From positions 62,001-126,000 of the forward strand of contig JAAILG010000145.1 of NCBI GenBank assembly GCA_012026655.1: a DNA stretch of 64,000 nt, in the 5' to 3' direction. The position numbers were made by a program, and so were the translations under genes. The notes beneath the pieces were generated by a model, which saw only the letters and a list, made by a program, of their open reading frames with translations, was not told the origin of the DNA and ran no database searches. Shown piece by piece: positions 1 to 14,215 of this stretch. The DNA comes from Hydrolagus affinis (Eukaryota). Position 1 is the stretch's first letter, and every line of letters begins with the position of its first letter.

Positions 1-549
1 GGGGAGGCTGAATGGGGAGGGGTTACAGATCACATATTTTTCATATGATTATTTTGAGTGGGAGGGTGGAAGTGGTGGTAAGGATCTGTTTCTGGGATAA
101 TAACTTTGGATTCATTTATTTTAGAAATGCTGCTTCAAGTGATTTATTTCCCAAAATAGAATGTCCCAAATGTTTAGGATTTGATCATGTTTTTTTTCTT
201 TTGGTTTTCTTCTTATGGGGAGTGGGGTGGTGGTTTGACTGGATCTCAGCTCGAACCTCAAAGGGAGGAAAAGGGTTCACACAAGAACACACAAGATCAG
301 TTTGGATGAAGAAGACCTATCTGATTTAAATCTTTCCAGAACATCGACCCTATGGTCCTCCCATCACAGAATCAAGCTTTTTTTTAAAAACAAATGTCCT
401 GTGTCTTGGCCTCAACTACCTTCATGACAACCTGTTCTAGTCATTAATTTCTCTAGGTAAAGAAAAACCTCCTGTTGTGTGTCCTGAAGTTGCCCTTTGC
501 AACTCAAAACCTGTAGCCTCTTGTTCTACTATAAATATTGTTTTGTTCC

Positions 550-700
550 ACCCCGAATTCTTCGACCTCCCCTTCGTGTTTCACCCCCGCCCAAACACTC
601 CCCTCCCAGCTCGGGTCACACGCCCCCTGTGCAGCGCCTTGGGACGTCCTCCCGACGTGAAAGGCGCTCTATAAATGTAATTTGTTTGTTTGTTTTGTTT
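550..700 (+). mobile_element. L2-type LINE 3' end
   Basis: Near-identical to 1945-2090; ends gcgccttgggacgtcctcccgacgtgaaaggcgctctataa followed by (TTTG)n. Confidence 0.75.
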
Positions 701-1855
701 TGTTTTGGATTTCCATTCTCAATCTCATTTTTAAAAAATTCCACATATGGTTGAATTCACTATCACAAATTCACAAATGGATCCCTGAAAGATTCAGATG
801 AACTGCTTTGAGGCAATTCCATGTAATAGAGAATTTAGGATCTTATTTTTAAAAGTTCATTGGTATTTTGAGTACATATAGGTACTCCATACTCCAATAA
901 TTGTCCATTATCCTCCTAGGTTCCAAGGTGACATATTTGGGAATGAAATATCAGAACAAAGCCACACAGCATGGTGATGGCTCCCACATGTGTCAGACAC
1001 CTGGTTGAACAAAAAAAATGTCCATTGCAGTCCTATGTAATTGAGTCATTCAATGATCAACCATCGATTGTTGTCTTAAAATGTCATCACAAAGCAAAAT
1101 AAAACACAGTGCAGGCATTTGGTTTCAAGAAGACAGAAAGGGGGAAAGAATCCATTTAAAAGCACTGCCAAGATAAATCAATGGTCTTTTTAATTTGAAT
1201 CTTTGTTTACCGAATAACATTCCTTGAGGTTTATAATTACTGCAATGTCTTAGGAGGTTAGAGGCCCAAGAGTTTTCTAGAAAACATTGGAGTCTGTTAG
1301 TTTATTATGAAAAATAACTGCATCTTGAAGAGTGAGGTGTAGCCGCATGTTTCTTACAATAAGTGATTTGTTTCGAGTGAACCTTCGAAAATGGAATTAA
1401 CCTTTTTTTTTAATCAAAAATCTCTGCAACATGTTGGTATCATGCTTTTTCTCAAAATTCTCTTAAAGTCACTAGAAGTGACAATTGTGAACAAAAATCT
1501 TGTTGCTGACTTTTCTAAATCATGGGAGTTGTATAAATAGTTACAAATTACAATGTAGAGGTAGGACACAGAATGAGATTTACAATTCTCTCGCAAATAT
1601 GTACAGCAGCCAGCTGGCCTGTCTGATTGACCCAAGAGGAATCTCCTTAACTCCATTTCTGATTGTTCCTAGACTAACACTGAATGTTGCAAAGCTCAAC
1701 CATGATAAATCAATGCATGTCATAGCTACAAACGTAAAAGTGGGAACACAGGTACAAAAGCCCATAGAGAAGAAGGCAAGCAGGATTCTGTCTTTTATGT
1801 TCAGGTGCAATGACAAGCAACTACAGAAGTTACAGTTCTACACAATATTGGTTGG

Positions 1856-2090
1856 ACAATCCCTCCGCCTTGTTTCCTCCCTTTCCTCTTTCAAGGCCGG
1901 TTTGAAGACTTTCCTTTTCGACCGTGCCTTTTGTTCCCCCCCTAATTTTTCGACCTCCCCCATGCTTTTTACCCCCTCCCGAACACTCCCCTCCCAGCTC
2001 GGGTCACACACCTCCTGTGCAGCGCCTTGGGACGTCCTCCCGACGTGAAAGGCGCTCTATAAGTCTAATTTGTTGTTGTTGTTGTTGTTG
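1856..2090 (+). mobile_element. L2-type LINE 3' end
   Basis: Encodes an L2 ORF2 C-terminus-like SLSSFKAGLKTFLFDRAF, then the L2 tail and (TTG)n. Confidence 0.8.
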
Positions 2091-3904
2091 ACAACTGTTT
2101 GAATGCAGTGAAACTCCTTTCTCTGTTTGAATTGTGCCACGGGATCTTCAGCCTGAACAGGCAGAGTGGACCTCGGTTTGATGATTCATCTAAAGCAAGT
2201 GTCCAGAGAAAGAGTATTGGGTTTAGAGTAAAAGCATCCAGCATAGGTTGAATGGGCCACTGGCCTCCTGTACTATAAACTCCTTGTGACTTCTGTGTGA
2301 TAAGAGAAGCATGTGTCACACAAACAAACAGTTTGTTGGGACTAAATCATTAGGCAAAACTGCTAGTTGGGACATTTCTATTTCCAAGAAGAACGACTGT
2401 ACAACAGACCCTGTATCTCATTATCATACACAGAGACACACAACTAAACCTCAACCACATTCCGCTAACATCAGCAATCCTCAACTAAAGACACTCTATT
2501 AACTGCTAACAATTCATTCATTCCCACTGAGCATGCACTGTGAAAATGACAACATTTTTTTTAAACTCCTGGACCATAATCATAAAAATCAATTGGCATC
2601 GCCAACATAGCTAACAAATATTCACATAAAAGGATAATGCTGAATCCTGTGCCTGATTTATACTGCTAGAAATGAATATAATTTCCAGTTTTAGAGTGAT
2701 TCCAACCGGGAAGCTGGATTTATGCTATTCACTGCAAATAGCTCTCTCCCAGGGATGATTAACCAGTGTTAGTTTAAATGTTTTAAAGAGACCAAAGGAA
2801 TGTGCAGGACTGGAAAAGATCATTGTAGTCAATCTTGGTCTGTCCCAAAGTAAAGAAATATTAAATAACTCAATGCTACTCGTACCTCTTGATTGATTGC
2901 TTTCTTCCCCTGATAGCTGAATATTTCCCGCCTTGAAATGTGATCACAGAACGACAACTGTCTCTTTAATGAGATTGATTAAGGAATCATGACAATAACC
3001 GTTTATTTAAATAAAGTACCATGTTTTGCCAGTGAAAATATTTGAGTGGTTTTTACAATAACAAAAACAGAGATTTGATTTGTTTCAGTGTTGTGTCGTT
3101 TCGCAAAGAGAAAGACAATTGCGCCGACCATAATGGTAGCAAAATGATCCCAGTAGCTTTTAGCTTTCTTCCCCTCTTCTAGTTGCATTTCACCAAAGTT
3201 GTGCTGTGTTTACCCTGTAATTCCAGACATCAATGCCTTGATCAAATCAATTTTATTTGCACAGCACACTTAATGTGTGCATTATATTAGAGAGGAAGAT
3301 AACACACATGTTAAATTGCTAGGTCCACCCCAATGAGTGCATTTATTAGCAGTGAAAGCACGACCAGCAAAAGATTGGGAATTGAGTATCCCAGTGATCA
3401 TGGATGCAAATGTATGATGCTGCCAAGTATCATGAGTACCACAAAGCTGCTAAGGTCAGGGCTTAATTGCAAATGATAATAATAATTTTGAAAAGCGCAA
3501 GTAACAGTATTATTATTGATGTGGGAGGGAAGGTTTTGATGACTTTTCCCTCTTTCTGGGAAACTCTTAAAGAGTATATAATTGTCTTTGCAATTCTCCA
3601 AAAACATGTGCAAGTTTTTGATTATAAAACATCTGCAAATATAATTTCCTGCAAATTTCCAAGCTTCGCTCAGGATATCACACTGGGAACTGTGAGTTAT
3701 GGCAGCTCTTCCATGACAGGGAGAGATCCAGAGCTTATGTAAAACACAGGCATGAGTTGAATTCTGTTTGTTTCGGTCACAAGTTACAGAATGTTAATCA
3801 CTGCACCATCCCAGAAGAAAAATTTGGTTTCCTTTGCTAATTAATATTTTGTTTTGTAAATGATTCAGGAGAAGAATACAATATTTCTCACTTCCCATGA
3901 TTTC

Positions 3905-4107
3905 GAATGCACTGCCTGGAAGCTGGAACCAGATTTGATAGTAGCTTTCAAAAGGCAATTGGATAGGTATTTGAAAAGGTAAAAAATTGCAGGGCTATGG
4001 GATGGATAAGAGCAGGGAGGCGGGAGTAGTTGAATATCTCTTCCAAAGAGTCGCCACCAGCATGATGAGCCGAATAGCCTCCTTTTGTGCTGTAAGATTC
4101 TATGATC
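3905..4107 (+). mobile_element. CR1-type LINE 3' fragment
   Basis: Remnant of the WN.LP...FK..LD.Y motif, then a CR1-like tail ending gccgaatagcctcc...attctatga. Confidence 0.65.
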
Positions 4108-4172
4108 AGGGTGGGGTAGAGAGGTGTTATAGCCAGGGAAGGGGGTGGGGGGTTATAGCCGGTTTAGTGGGG

Positions 4173-4461
4173 GGAGCTGTCCTGTAGCTCAGTGGTGAGA
4201 GCACTCGCCTTGCAAGCAAGAGTCCTGGGTTTGTACACTGGCAGGGTTTGAAACTTTGGGTGAGTTTCCTTACTCCACATGCCTGATAATAATTTTAAAA
4301 AACAATAATAAATTGGTCATTTCAAATCCACGCCGCGCAATTGGCTGCCGCGTTGTGCCCACAAATATACTGTCAATTCACTCTACAGTATATTCTATCA
4401 AGCACTTTGAGACGTCTAGAAGATGTGAAAAAGTGCTATATCAAATGCAAGGATTATTATT
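4173..4461 (+). mobile_element. tRNA-derived DeuSINE-type SINE
   Basis: tRNA-like head (tagctcagtgg...ctcgccttgcaagc), Deu-like core (caattggctgccgcg), L2-like tail with (TAT)n. Confidence 0.85.
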
Positions 4462-7400
4462 CATGACATTCACTACACTTGACTATTAAGTGTCTGTTCA
4501 ATTTTAGCGATGTGCCTGCATTTCAACAATTGCAGATGACCTCCCTATCACAGAGTAATGTGCCTGTTTCTATTTCCCCACAAATACGATCATATTACAT
4601 GACATGATATTATCGTGGTATCAATCTGAACCAGCTTTTCATTTATTGGCAATGTTTGGCGAAGTTCATAGGGAACTTCCCACTGGGAACAAGTTGAAAC
4701 TGACAATTTCCACAGGATCTCTACAAATGGCAGAGAGATGAAACTTATCGCATCTCATCAATCTGAATTGGAATGTAATCCAGCTCCTCTTGCATTGTGT
4801 TCCAAACCAATGCATCCCTGTGTTGTGCTAATTCTACACAATCACTGGCAAAATGCTAAACCATTACTTCTAGAACACCATGTGCTGTTGCGGGCTATTA
4901 AGTATGATAACATATCGGAAAGTTAGCATTCTATCTTAGATATTTGAAGTACAATTTTGCTAAGAGTCACTAACATATAACCCTGGAGCAGTAAACCTAT
5001 CAGTCTCTCAATGCTGCTCATCACTAAATGCACACCAAGTACTAAAGGGATAAATAAAGAATTCACAAACTGGTGCATTAATACGATACAAATTGACTTC
5101 AGAATCTCTCAATCTTGTTTTCATCTCCTTTGCTTATGAAGCAGAACGTTTTTACACTTGCCAACCCAACAGAGGCAAGATATTTTAAATAAATCAAAGG
5201 TTCTCAATAGCAACACGCACACCGCCTCCCTTAGCTCACAGTTTCCTAGCACAGGCGTGTGGTTAAAAATGGAAAGACCGTCAATGTTAATGACACAGAT
5301 AAAGTACCCAATATATATTATAGACAGCAGGGAGCGTGTAATCTCATCGCAGTTCAGTTAATGTTCCCGAACAGCAATGATGTCATATAAAACCCAAGAA
5401 TAGTGCATAGACTTAACGTCTCTCTCCTCTTCCCATTCATTGTTCCACTTAGCACAGTTAATAGTTTTAATGTTGGATGAAAATGACAGACAAACCGGCT
5501 AGAGAGCACTACTTATTAAATGTTTCATATGTGGGTGCCCTAGTTTGCTTCGCTCCAAGTGGTAAGAAGCAGCTTTGCGCACATAATTCTCGATATGGCA
5601 AATTCTCAATCTTAGCTGAACTATCAAGACCTTTCCCACAGGAATAATAGGAACCTCCCATACACCTCTTGGCAGACCATTACAGAGCTGCACTGGCAGA
5701 AACCTGGCAGAAGGATCTCAATAAACTACTTAAAAAGAACTTGCAAGGTTTTTTTTAGTGCCTATTCATGCTGAAAACACCTTCAAAGTGCTTCAAGTGT
5801 AATTATTATCAAGAATAAGTCATTGCTTTTGTTGGCAAACATGGCAGGCTGTTGTGCCAGTGAAGTCCATCGAACTGCCTTTCCCAGGTGAACTATAATC
5901 CTTACGTTTATATAGCACTTTCCACGTCTTATCGACGTCTCAAAGAACAACTGGTCGATGTGCAGGATTTCTGTTCAAGACACCAGGATAATCTTCATTC
6001 TCTCTTTGTATAGTGGAATAGGATTTTTAACACCCATCTAAACAGGCAGGCGTCACTTCAGTTCAATGCCTCATCCAAAAACAGCACCTCTGGCATAGGA
6101 AGTGTGGAATGATTTGCTATTAGAGAAACATCATTTGGGACTGTTTAAAAAGATTTGGACAAGCACATGGAGAGAAAGGTTATTAGGGGGAAATGAGAAG
6201 ATTAAGAATCTTAATAATCATTGAATTTGATACAACACCTTTCATGTTGGCTCCTCAGCACTTCACAGGATTTATTGTACAGTATAGAATATATATTTGG
6301 TAGATACTGCAATTTACAATAAATCCTGTTGGAATTAGGTTCGATAAATTATTGCAGACATTGACGAGATGAAATGGCACAAATACTTCAATGCTTCATA
6401 GACGTATTTTTCCTTTCTTTTAATATAAATATTACCCCCAAAAGAGGGCTTGCATACACAGTTTGTGACATGTTTCCAGAGACAAAAAGAAAATAGCATT
6501 CTTATGTTTGCATTACTCCAGCACAAAGTGTGTGACATTGCCAAAGTTTAAACTGGTTGGTCCTATATACACTTGCAGATTTCAGCCAATACTGTCACAA
6601 AGTATTCAAATGAAAGAATGTGATGAACAAGGATATCCATCATTACATTTCCTGTATGGGATGAGTACGGCCATTTTTCATACGGTAAGTTGAAAGAGAA
6701 CTTGAGCTGCCTAAACACATCAATATGAAAGGCTGTTTACAACAGAGGCAGTTAAATGGATGACTTGCAAATAGCAGGGGTAGAAAAATGCTCACACTAT
6801 AAGCCTAATGTTTGGCAATAACCCAGCTCTATAACGATGACTGATGACTAAGATTAAGAACCTCGCTGGCACTTGACAATGCTGGTATGGAGAAGTGCAG
6901 GCACGGTCAGCTGGGATGCAGTGATCTTGGATTGCATTCTCTAGAGGAGAAGGATGTCTGGATACAAGTCCCTCAGGCTTTCCACTGACATTTCCAGCAG
7001 GCGAAGGGCCACAAAGACAATTTCTACAAATTATCTTCATATGGCACTCGCAACCCCTACCCCCACCCCCACACCCCCATTCCACCCCCATTCCACCTCC
7101 CTTCCTCCCCGTGACCAAATGTCAAAGATTCTTCATAGCTAACATTTTTTTGCTCTCGCAAATCCTTGCGTGGTTTATTTGGTTTTGGTTATAATTATCT
7201 GTGATCTGTTGCTGAATAATCTGTGAGTTGCATTCAATTTCCAAGAGGCAGCAAAAGTTCCTAAATGATTCCCATAAAATTAAATGAGCACTAATTGAAT
7301 AGCATTGGCTCCGGACTTAGTCTGCTGTATGATACTGAAGAGATTAAGTGAGTGGGTGTATTGCACACTTGCATATGTAATGTTTTGGAGCTGTATGTTC

Positions 7401-8409
7401 ATACCAATTCTCTTCTCTGGCAAAACGAGCACTGCTTGAGACTGAGTGTTTCCCATAAATGAGTCAATTAAAGTTTCTGTAAGTTATAAAGATGCATTTT
7501 TAAAGAAGCAATGACAGCTCACATGATATAGTGGAAAGTTTACTTTGCAAATGCTGATACAAATTGATAGTTTAGTCGACTAACATATTCAACTCTTCAG
7601 GAAGAACATCCCAAATCACGCAAGACCACATCAGATTCTCGTTACCATTTGTAATGTTAGTATTTCCCCGTCAAGTAATATAAATGCTGCATTGTGCCAA
7701 ATCTGTCAATTATAATTGGACACCGCAACTCACTGGGAGAAAACCATCCACTGCTATGCCAAGCAATTAAAACTAACTATATTATCCAGGTCAAGTATTG
7801 CCATTTTAATGTGAAGAAAATAAAGATTGTCAGGAGAGGTAGTTGAAACCAGAATACTCTTTATTTAAAAAGCAGCTAGATGCTGTGATGGGAGAAGGGG
7901 TAGGGTGTTTTTTCTGGAAGAACAAGATTGTATGGGCCTTCTTCCAAACCAATCTTGTGATCTTAGGAAAATACTCATTTCTAATTGTTTGCGGTTCTAG
8001 ATTTATAAATGTATCGGATCTGGTCTGACATGAGTGGATTTTCTTTGGCTGTTGCAGTGCGAACAGTTGCCTGAAGAATCACTTGTTACAATCGTATTAT
8101 AGTGTAGTGTAAGTTTACGGATGGAAAAAAATTGTTCTGACAACACAAGACCTTTGATTCACATCGTTGGTGCCCCAGCACATACCCAGATCCAAGCTAC
8201 AGGTTGGATGCCTATAGATTGATTGCCCTATCTCAGAAGGAACAAAGAACAAATGTCCCATCGTAAATGCATCCTCAAAGATTGAACACAGAGTTCAAAC
8301 CATCATTTAGAAGTCCCGAACAGCGCAGTTTGCCTCTTGGCTATATGAAGAGCATTTTGTAAAAGAAAGCTTGTATTTCTTCGGAGCATATATATTTGTG
8401 GGATTATCA

Positions 8410-8650
8410 AACAATTGTTTGTGGGAACATTGCTGTGCATAGATTGGCTGCCACATTCACCCCATAAATCCAGTCACTTCACATCACAGTATACAACAAC
8501 AACAACGACAAAATTACACTTGTACAGCACCTTTCACGTCAGAAGGACGTCCCAAGGTGCTGGACATCCCAGTATACCTTGTGAAGCACATTGTGACATC
8601 CCCCAACATGAAAGGTGCTCTACCAAATGCAAGGATTGTTATTAACGATT
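8410..8650 (+). mobile_element. SINE 3' half interrupted by an inverted L2 tail
   Basis: Core and tail match the other SINE copies; an inverted tail piece sits at about 8493-8570. Confidence 0.7.
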
Positions 8651-10294
8651 ATTATTAACTGGACTTGGTACTTTCTGATTTTGGTATGACTCACCATTGA
8701 AATCATACCGCTTTGAGAACATGAAATTATAACACAGTGAGTCCATTAATTAATAGCACAATACAGTTATGAATCCACAAAAAATTGGAACAGCAGAGAG
8801 GAAAAAAAACAATTAGGTGCTTTATAATCAGCAGTAATTAGTTCAGAGGGAATTACCAAAATAGATTGGAGAAGTCCACAAGCTCAGTCACGTCCAGTGC
8901 AACATTCCAGTGGATTGAGTCTTTGATTTGGAGATATAATTGCAAGTACTTTAAGTGGATTCGTTTTCCAGACCACTGCCCAGAGAAATGTGTCAGCCAC
9001 CTATGGGGATGTCAATAAGTGGTTTTAAGGTCCTATAAGGATTCATTCTGAATTGGGTTGGATGTAGTATTTCATATTCCAAACAGATGTGCTATAGCTT
9101 TTCTTAAATTGGATGAGTGCTTTATTGTTCCTGTGAAGCAATAAGGATAGGACAGACTATCTTCAGACCCATTTCAAGTATTGGATATCCTTTACTTTTA
9201 AAGCTTAAGAAATGTGTATCTATGATGCTTTGCCATACTACCTTCACAATGATCAGGCTAGATATCTTTTGATTACTCCATCATTCTCATTGCATTCTAT
9301 TGGAATCAGTTTTGGATTCCTATCTGGTCTGTTTATCCCTTCAACAACAGCAACAACAAATTATATTTGGGTAGTGTCTTTCACGTTGGTAGGATGTCCA
9401 AAGAAAGCAGCTGGAAGGTCGAGGATTTACACCCGAGGTGGGTGGGAATGGGACCAGGAGGGGTTGTTTAAGCTGATCTTATTTTCCTTGATATATCCTG
9501 ACCTGTTTGCAGTCCGATGAATGAAGGCAATATTTTAAGTTTGCATCACTGTTACCACATACCACAATTCTCCACACAGCAAAGCTGCTGAACACTTCCC
9601 AACCTCTTGTAAACATAAATTGCTGAGCCGCAGAGTGGTTGACTACATGGGACAATGTTAGACTGTAGCACAGATGAAGCCTGCGGTGATAAAACATGCC
9701 CCAGGGCTGCTGTAGAGAGCATCTAGGGACACCAATCCATTGCACCACTGTACTCCTTTCAACTTGTTTCTAAAAGTTCCATCCAACAATGGGCCCAATA
9801 AGGTTGACAATGTCCCTTTAACGACCTAAGTAAAGAACACGAACGTCTTTTTTTGCAATCAGATCAGATCATTAGATATTTTTGGAACCTGACACTTTTA
9901 ATTTCCTGTATATTTGGCAGCATCCGTTTCAGTCCTCACAGCAGTACGATACAAAGCTTGTTTTTTTATTTCCAATGTCTTTCCTCCTTTATGAAATGGT
10001 TTAAGATAAACAGAATCAAATCCCTCTCCATTGTGACCCACCCACTCAAACATAGTTTTTAAATGACAATTTACGAGCAGAAATAAGCTTTTTTTTTAAA
10101 AAAAGTTAGATTTTTAAACAACGGAAAGAGCAAATGAATGGAAACAATTGACAATGCAAAAGTCTGTAAATATCATGAACGTAATTAACATTAATGCACT
10201 GCTAATCAAAAATCTTAATTCATCTTATTTATTAACCATTGAATTATGACCAACATAAAGATAAAGTGAATATCCAACCAAGCAGCACACATAC

Positions 10295-10600
10295 AATAAT
10301 AATCCTTGCATCTGATATAGCACCTTATCACATCGTGAAAACGACACCAAGGGCTTTCATGAGTTTTCATGAGTGCAGCAGCCAATTTGCACACAACATC
10401 CCACATGCAGATATGAAATAAATGCTCAATTTTATTTGGGGATTGTTGACCTGGACACCAGCAGAAACTCCCTTTTCTGTTCAAAAAGTGCCATGGGATC
10501 TCCAATCTTTGACATGACCAGCTAGTGCTCCATGTCCCGTATAGGAGTTAAACTCACAACCTTCTGATTCAGAGGCAAGAGTGTGCCAACTGCGTTGTGA
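10295..10600 (-). mobile_element. Older, diverged DeuSINE-type copy
   Basis: Tail aataatccttgcatctgatatagc, Deu core, degenerate tRNA head near 10550-10595. Confidence 0.65.
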
Positions 10601-11147
10601 ATGCAAATTTTACTCCAATGCAGTTTACACCCATGATTTTCAACTTAGCAATTTCCTTAGCCATCATTGGTAAATAAGATCAACCCCACTTCAAAATGGG
10701 TTATTGATACATATGGGGAAGACTGGAGTGTAGTGTATATTTATAAATACCCACATAAATGAAAAACAAATGTTACTAATGACAGATAACATTTCGATCA
10801 ACCAGAATCCAGAGATCAGTGGCGGAATCTTTTTTGAGAACAAGTACAAGAGAACGCGAGTGAAATGCATAAATTTTGGGTCTCGAGCAGGGATTCTGTT
10901 TAGTTGAAGGGAAAAAAGAAGCCCTCTCGTGTAGGACAAGCCCAATATGAGGAAGTAATGCTGATGTCCAAAGGACAATCATTTTTCTATTCGTATGGAA
11001 CTAAATTCCTGTTCAGAACAAGCTCGGTTCTTAAACAAGTGGTGTTTTAGCTGCGGCGCTCTTTAACAACCTGCAATAATCTCGTGTCTCACCAAGTGTT
11101 CCCAGCAACTGACTAACGATATTGCTATTTTTATTTTGGAAGCTTAC

Positions 11148-13140
11148 CGCAAGGCGGTCTCATCTGCAGATTAACATTACCTAGAGAAAAAAACATGTGG
11201 CTCATAGAGCTGCTGAGCTCTTTAGGACTGGATTCAGGGGTGTTTAGTCAAATTCCCCAGCAAGAACAATTCCTGTAAAGAACGAGTTCCGTTTCAATTG
11301 GAATCTTCCCACTCGCTCTTTGGAGAATTGTCCCGTATTTCTTTGATTCAGATTTAACTGAATGCAAAGCTGCGTCACAGGAAGGAAGAGATTAAAAAAT
11401 CTTTTAAGATGTTCCATTGGGCATAAAGTTTCCATTTTTTAAAACGCATTTTTATCTCGTAGTAAATATGATCAGCACATGGAGCTATTTTCTCTCCTGA
11501 TGTCCATCCTCAGGGTGTTAAGTTAGTCCTATTTTTGGTTGTTGGTAATGGGGGGGTTGGAGGGAGGGAGTGGTTGAATGGAGTAAAGAAAGGGCAAGTA
11601 ACAAATTATTATCTACTACCTCAGTGGTTGGATAGGAATGGAATTTGGGTGGGCACCAACTTATGGTGGACCAAAGGAAAGAGAAAGAGGAGGCAGTTGG
11701 TGGTGGGGGGAGGCTTGTGCAAAGATGGTACAAAGCCACAACTGTGCGTGGATGTCAGTCCACATGGGCACAATAACTGCATCTGTGGGAAAAGTCGCAT
11801 ACGTACACACACACACACACACACTACAGGTACAGCTAGATCTTCTAATCAGCTACTGACCACAAAGTCAAATGGCAAACATTTGATGTGTGGGTTTGAG
11901 GGGTGGGCAGTGGGGAAAGTATCTGCAGTTTCCATATATCAAATTCTCAGTTTGAATTAGATCCTCTCAAGCATGGTTTCCGCAAGTGGCAGGCACTCAG
12001 CCGACCCCCCACCTCCCCCCCAAAAAACGCAGCACGCTTCTTAATGTTTGCTGTTTTCTCGCCCCTATAAATTTGGCCATTTTAATCACAGCTATTTCTC
12101 CAGGAAAGTATTGCAGGATTGAATACACGGTCATGATGGAACACGCATCTCCAGCTACATGCACCGAAGGCCTAGATCAAGACAAGGATACAGCAGTCTC
12201 AGTAGGGATTCAGATTGTGAACATTTTCCAAGCCAAAAAAAAAGGAAAAAACCTTTGGAAATTCCTGTGGACAGCTGCAGGGGAATGTTTTGTTCATGAG
12301 GATGCAATTTGTTAAAGGAATGTTCCAGATGCAAATCACGTTAGTTGAATATTTGCGTTCAATAGTGTTAGTGAAGTTCAACCCAAAAATATAACTAGAG
12401 AAGTCTCTTGGGTCTCCTGTACCTGACATTGCGTTTGAAGGCTTGCGTCAGAATACAATCAACCTCTTTTAGAACATCAGCTATGGGAACTCGTATGAAA
12501 AAATCAAAACATGTTAATGGCTGCCACACAAACCGAGAGCCATTTCTTTTTTTAATGAAATTGTTCTGTTCCAAATAGCACAGTGTATCAGAGAACCTTA
12601 TTTGGAAGGGTGGAAGGAAGTAAGGCACATCAACTACAAGCACATATCCAAATTCAGGCTTGAGAGGTCAAGTGCGGGGGTGCTTTTCACCCTTGACACA
12701 GAACAAGCATGGTCAACTTGCGCTAAGAAAAAGAATATTACTCACAGACAATGTTATCTGAATAGACAGTAAGGAGCAGTTAGTCTGTATATATAACACC
12801 GGAAACCAGCCAAGCAAGATGGAATGAATCTTACTGATTACAGGTGATTTATTACTTTTAAAAAGACTAATTTAGTTTGTGACTACCATGGGAATAAAAT
12901 GTTTATCCGACATACAAAAAGGAGTGTGTATTTCTAAGGATAATCCTGGACCATCTCTTGGTGCGGAGAAATTGGCATAAAATTCCAATACTCAGTAGCT
13001 GCCCTTGTGGAAAGGCTGACTGCATGTTAATTATGCCTATAAAGTTATCCACTCTGACTGACCAGGAAAGTTTAAAACATAATGGTTAATACACATTGTA
13101 GGAAATGCCATCAAAGCAAAATAAAGCAAGAGTGTATTAT
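11148..13140 (-). CDS. Hypothetical spliced gene of unknown product (candidate exons 13140-13063, 12757-12746, 12480-12423, 12171-12063, 11369-11313, 11180-11148)
   Basis: Frame-compatible exon chain with mostly good splice signals. No recognised homologue and no first exon found. See findings. Confidence 0.35.
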
Positions 13141-14215
13141 CTACAAAGAAAGGTCTTCTTTTGTAAAAGACGAAGTAAAAAATATAGTAAAACATAAAAA
13201 AAATGAAGATGAAAAAGGATTGGCTCATGATTTTGTTTTGCTGTGAAAAACGTGATATGCCAACACATGGTTTGATAGTTTTCGAAAGAACTAGAGAGGA
13301 AGCCAGTCAAAACTTCCATCAAACCAGGGAGGCAAAGACCACCTTATTGCTGCTGTCCAAAAACATTATAACAACTCAAAAGCTATGCAATAAAACTGTG
13401 CAATTAACAACTATGTACATTAAAACCGTCTGGTGAACACGGCAAGAGTGGCTCCAGCTCCCTTATAAACAACTTGGCTTGTGGCTTTATCAGTTGCTCT
13501 GAATAGAGGAGCAGATTATTGCCTCATAAACACAGCAACCCTACTTTACATTGCTTAGTAAGGTACAATCCACTTCCCGTAACAAAACTGAAGAAGAAAA
13601 GCTCCAAAAATCTCAATGTTTTGGTGAAAGAGTTTTGTTGTTAAATGGACCGCCCTCCGACACACAGAAATCAGTAAAATAATTGGCAGGACATTTTTTT
13701 TATATTGACCATTTTTTTCCACAGGGCTGTGTTTACCTTTTGGTGTTGGGTAACAGTTTGAGAGTCACACTGTATTTTGTGGTTCAGAAATTAGATGAAT
13801 GTTCGAGGTATTGACACAGCTGGAGATATAATGGCTAGGCCAGTTACTGAAAAATTGGGTAGATTGGATTTAATTCACATCTCACTTTAGCTGGGGTCAA
13901 AACGGTTGCAAAGCTGAAACTAAGACTATAGGAACATTCAGTGCTAACAACTTCTGGACGGGAAGTTTAAATAAAATTTATACAACACAATTTAAACTGA
14001 TCTTGGAAGCCTTTGAAAGTGACGTAATTTGGTTTCCAGAGGCAAAGACTTGTTCTCAACAATAGAATGCCAATTGTAAGAAACAAATAAGCACAGCTGC
14101 TCCACCTCATGGTCAGTTTGACAATTGTAGGTGATCCGACAATCCTCACAGATTATCAGGCAGTGGAATACTGGAATGCAGAAGAAATGTTGGGTCTAAC
14201 ACAGGATCCTACTAT

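Noticed and set aside
1500-2048. Longest ORF in the track (182 aa)
   Set aside because: The 3' third is an L2 3' end and the rest has no recognisable homology; it appears to be a chance read-through.
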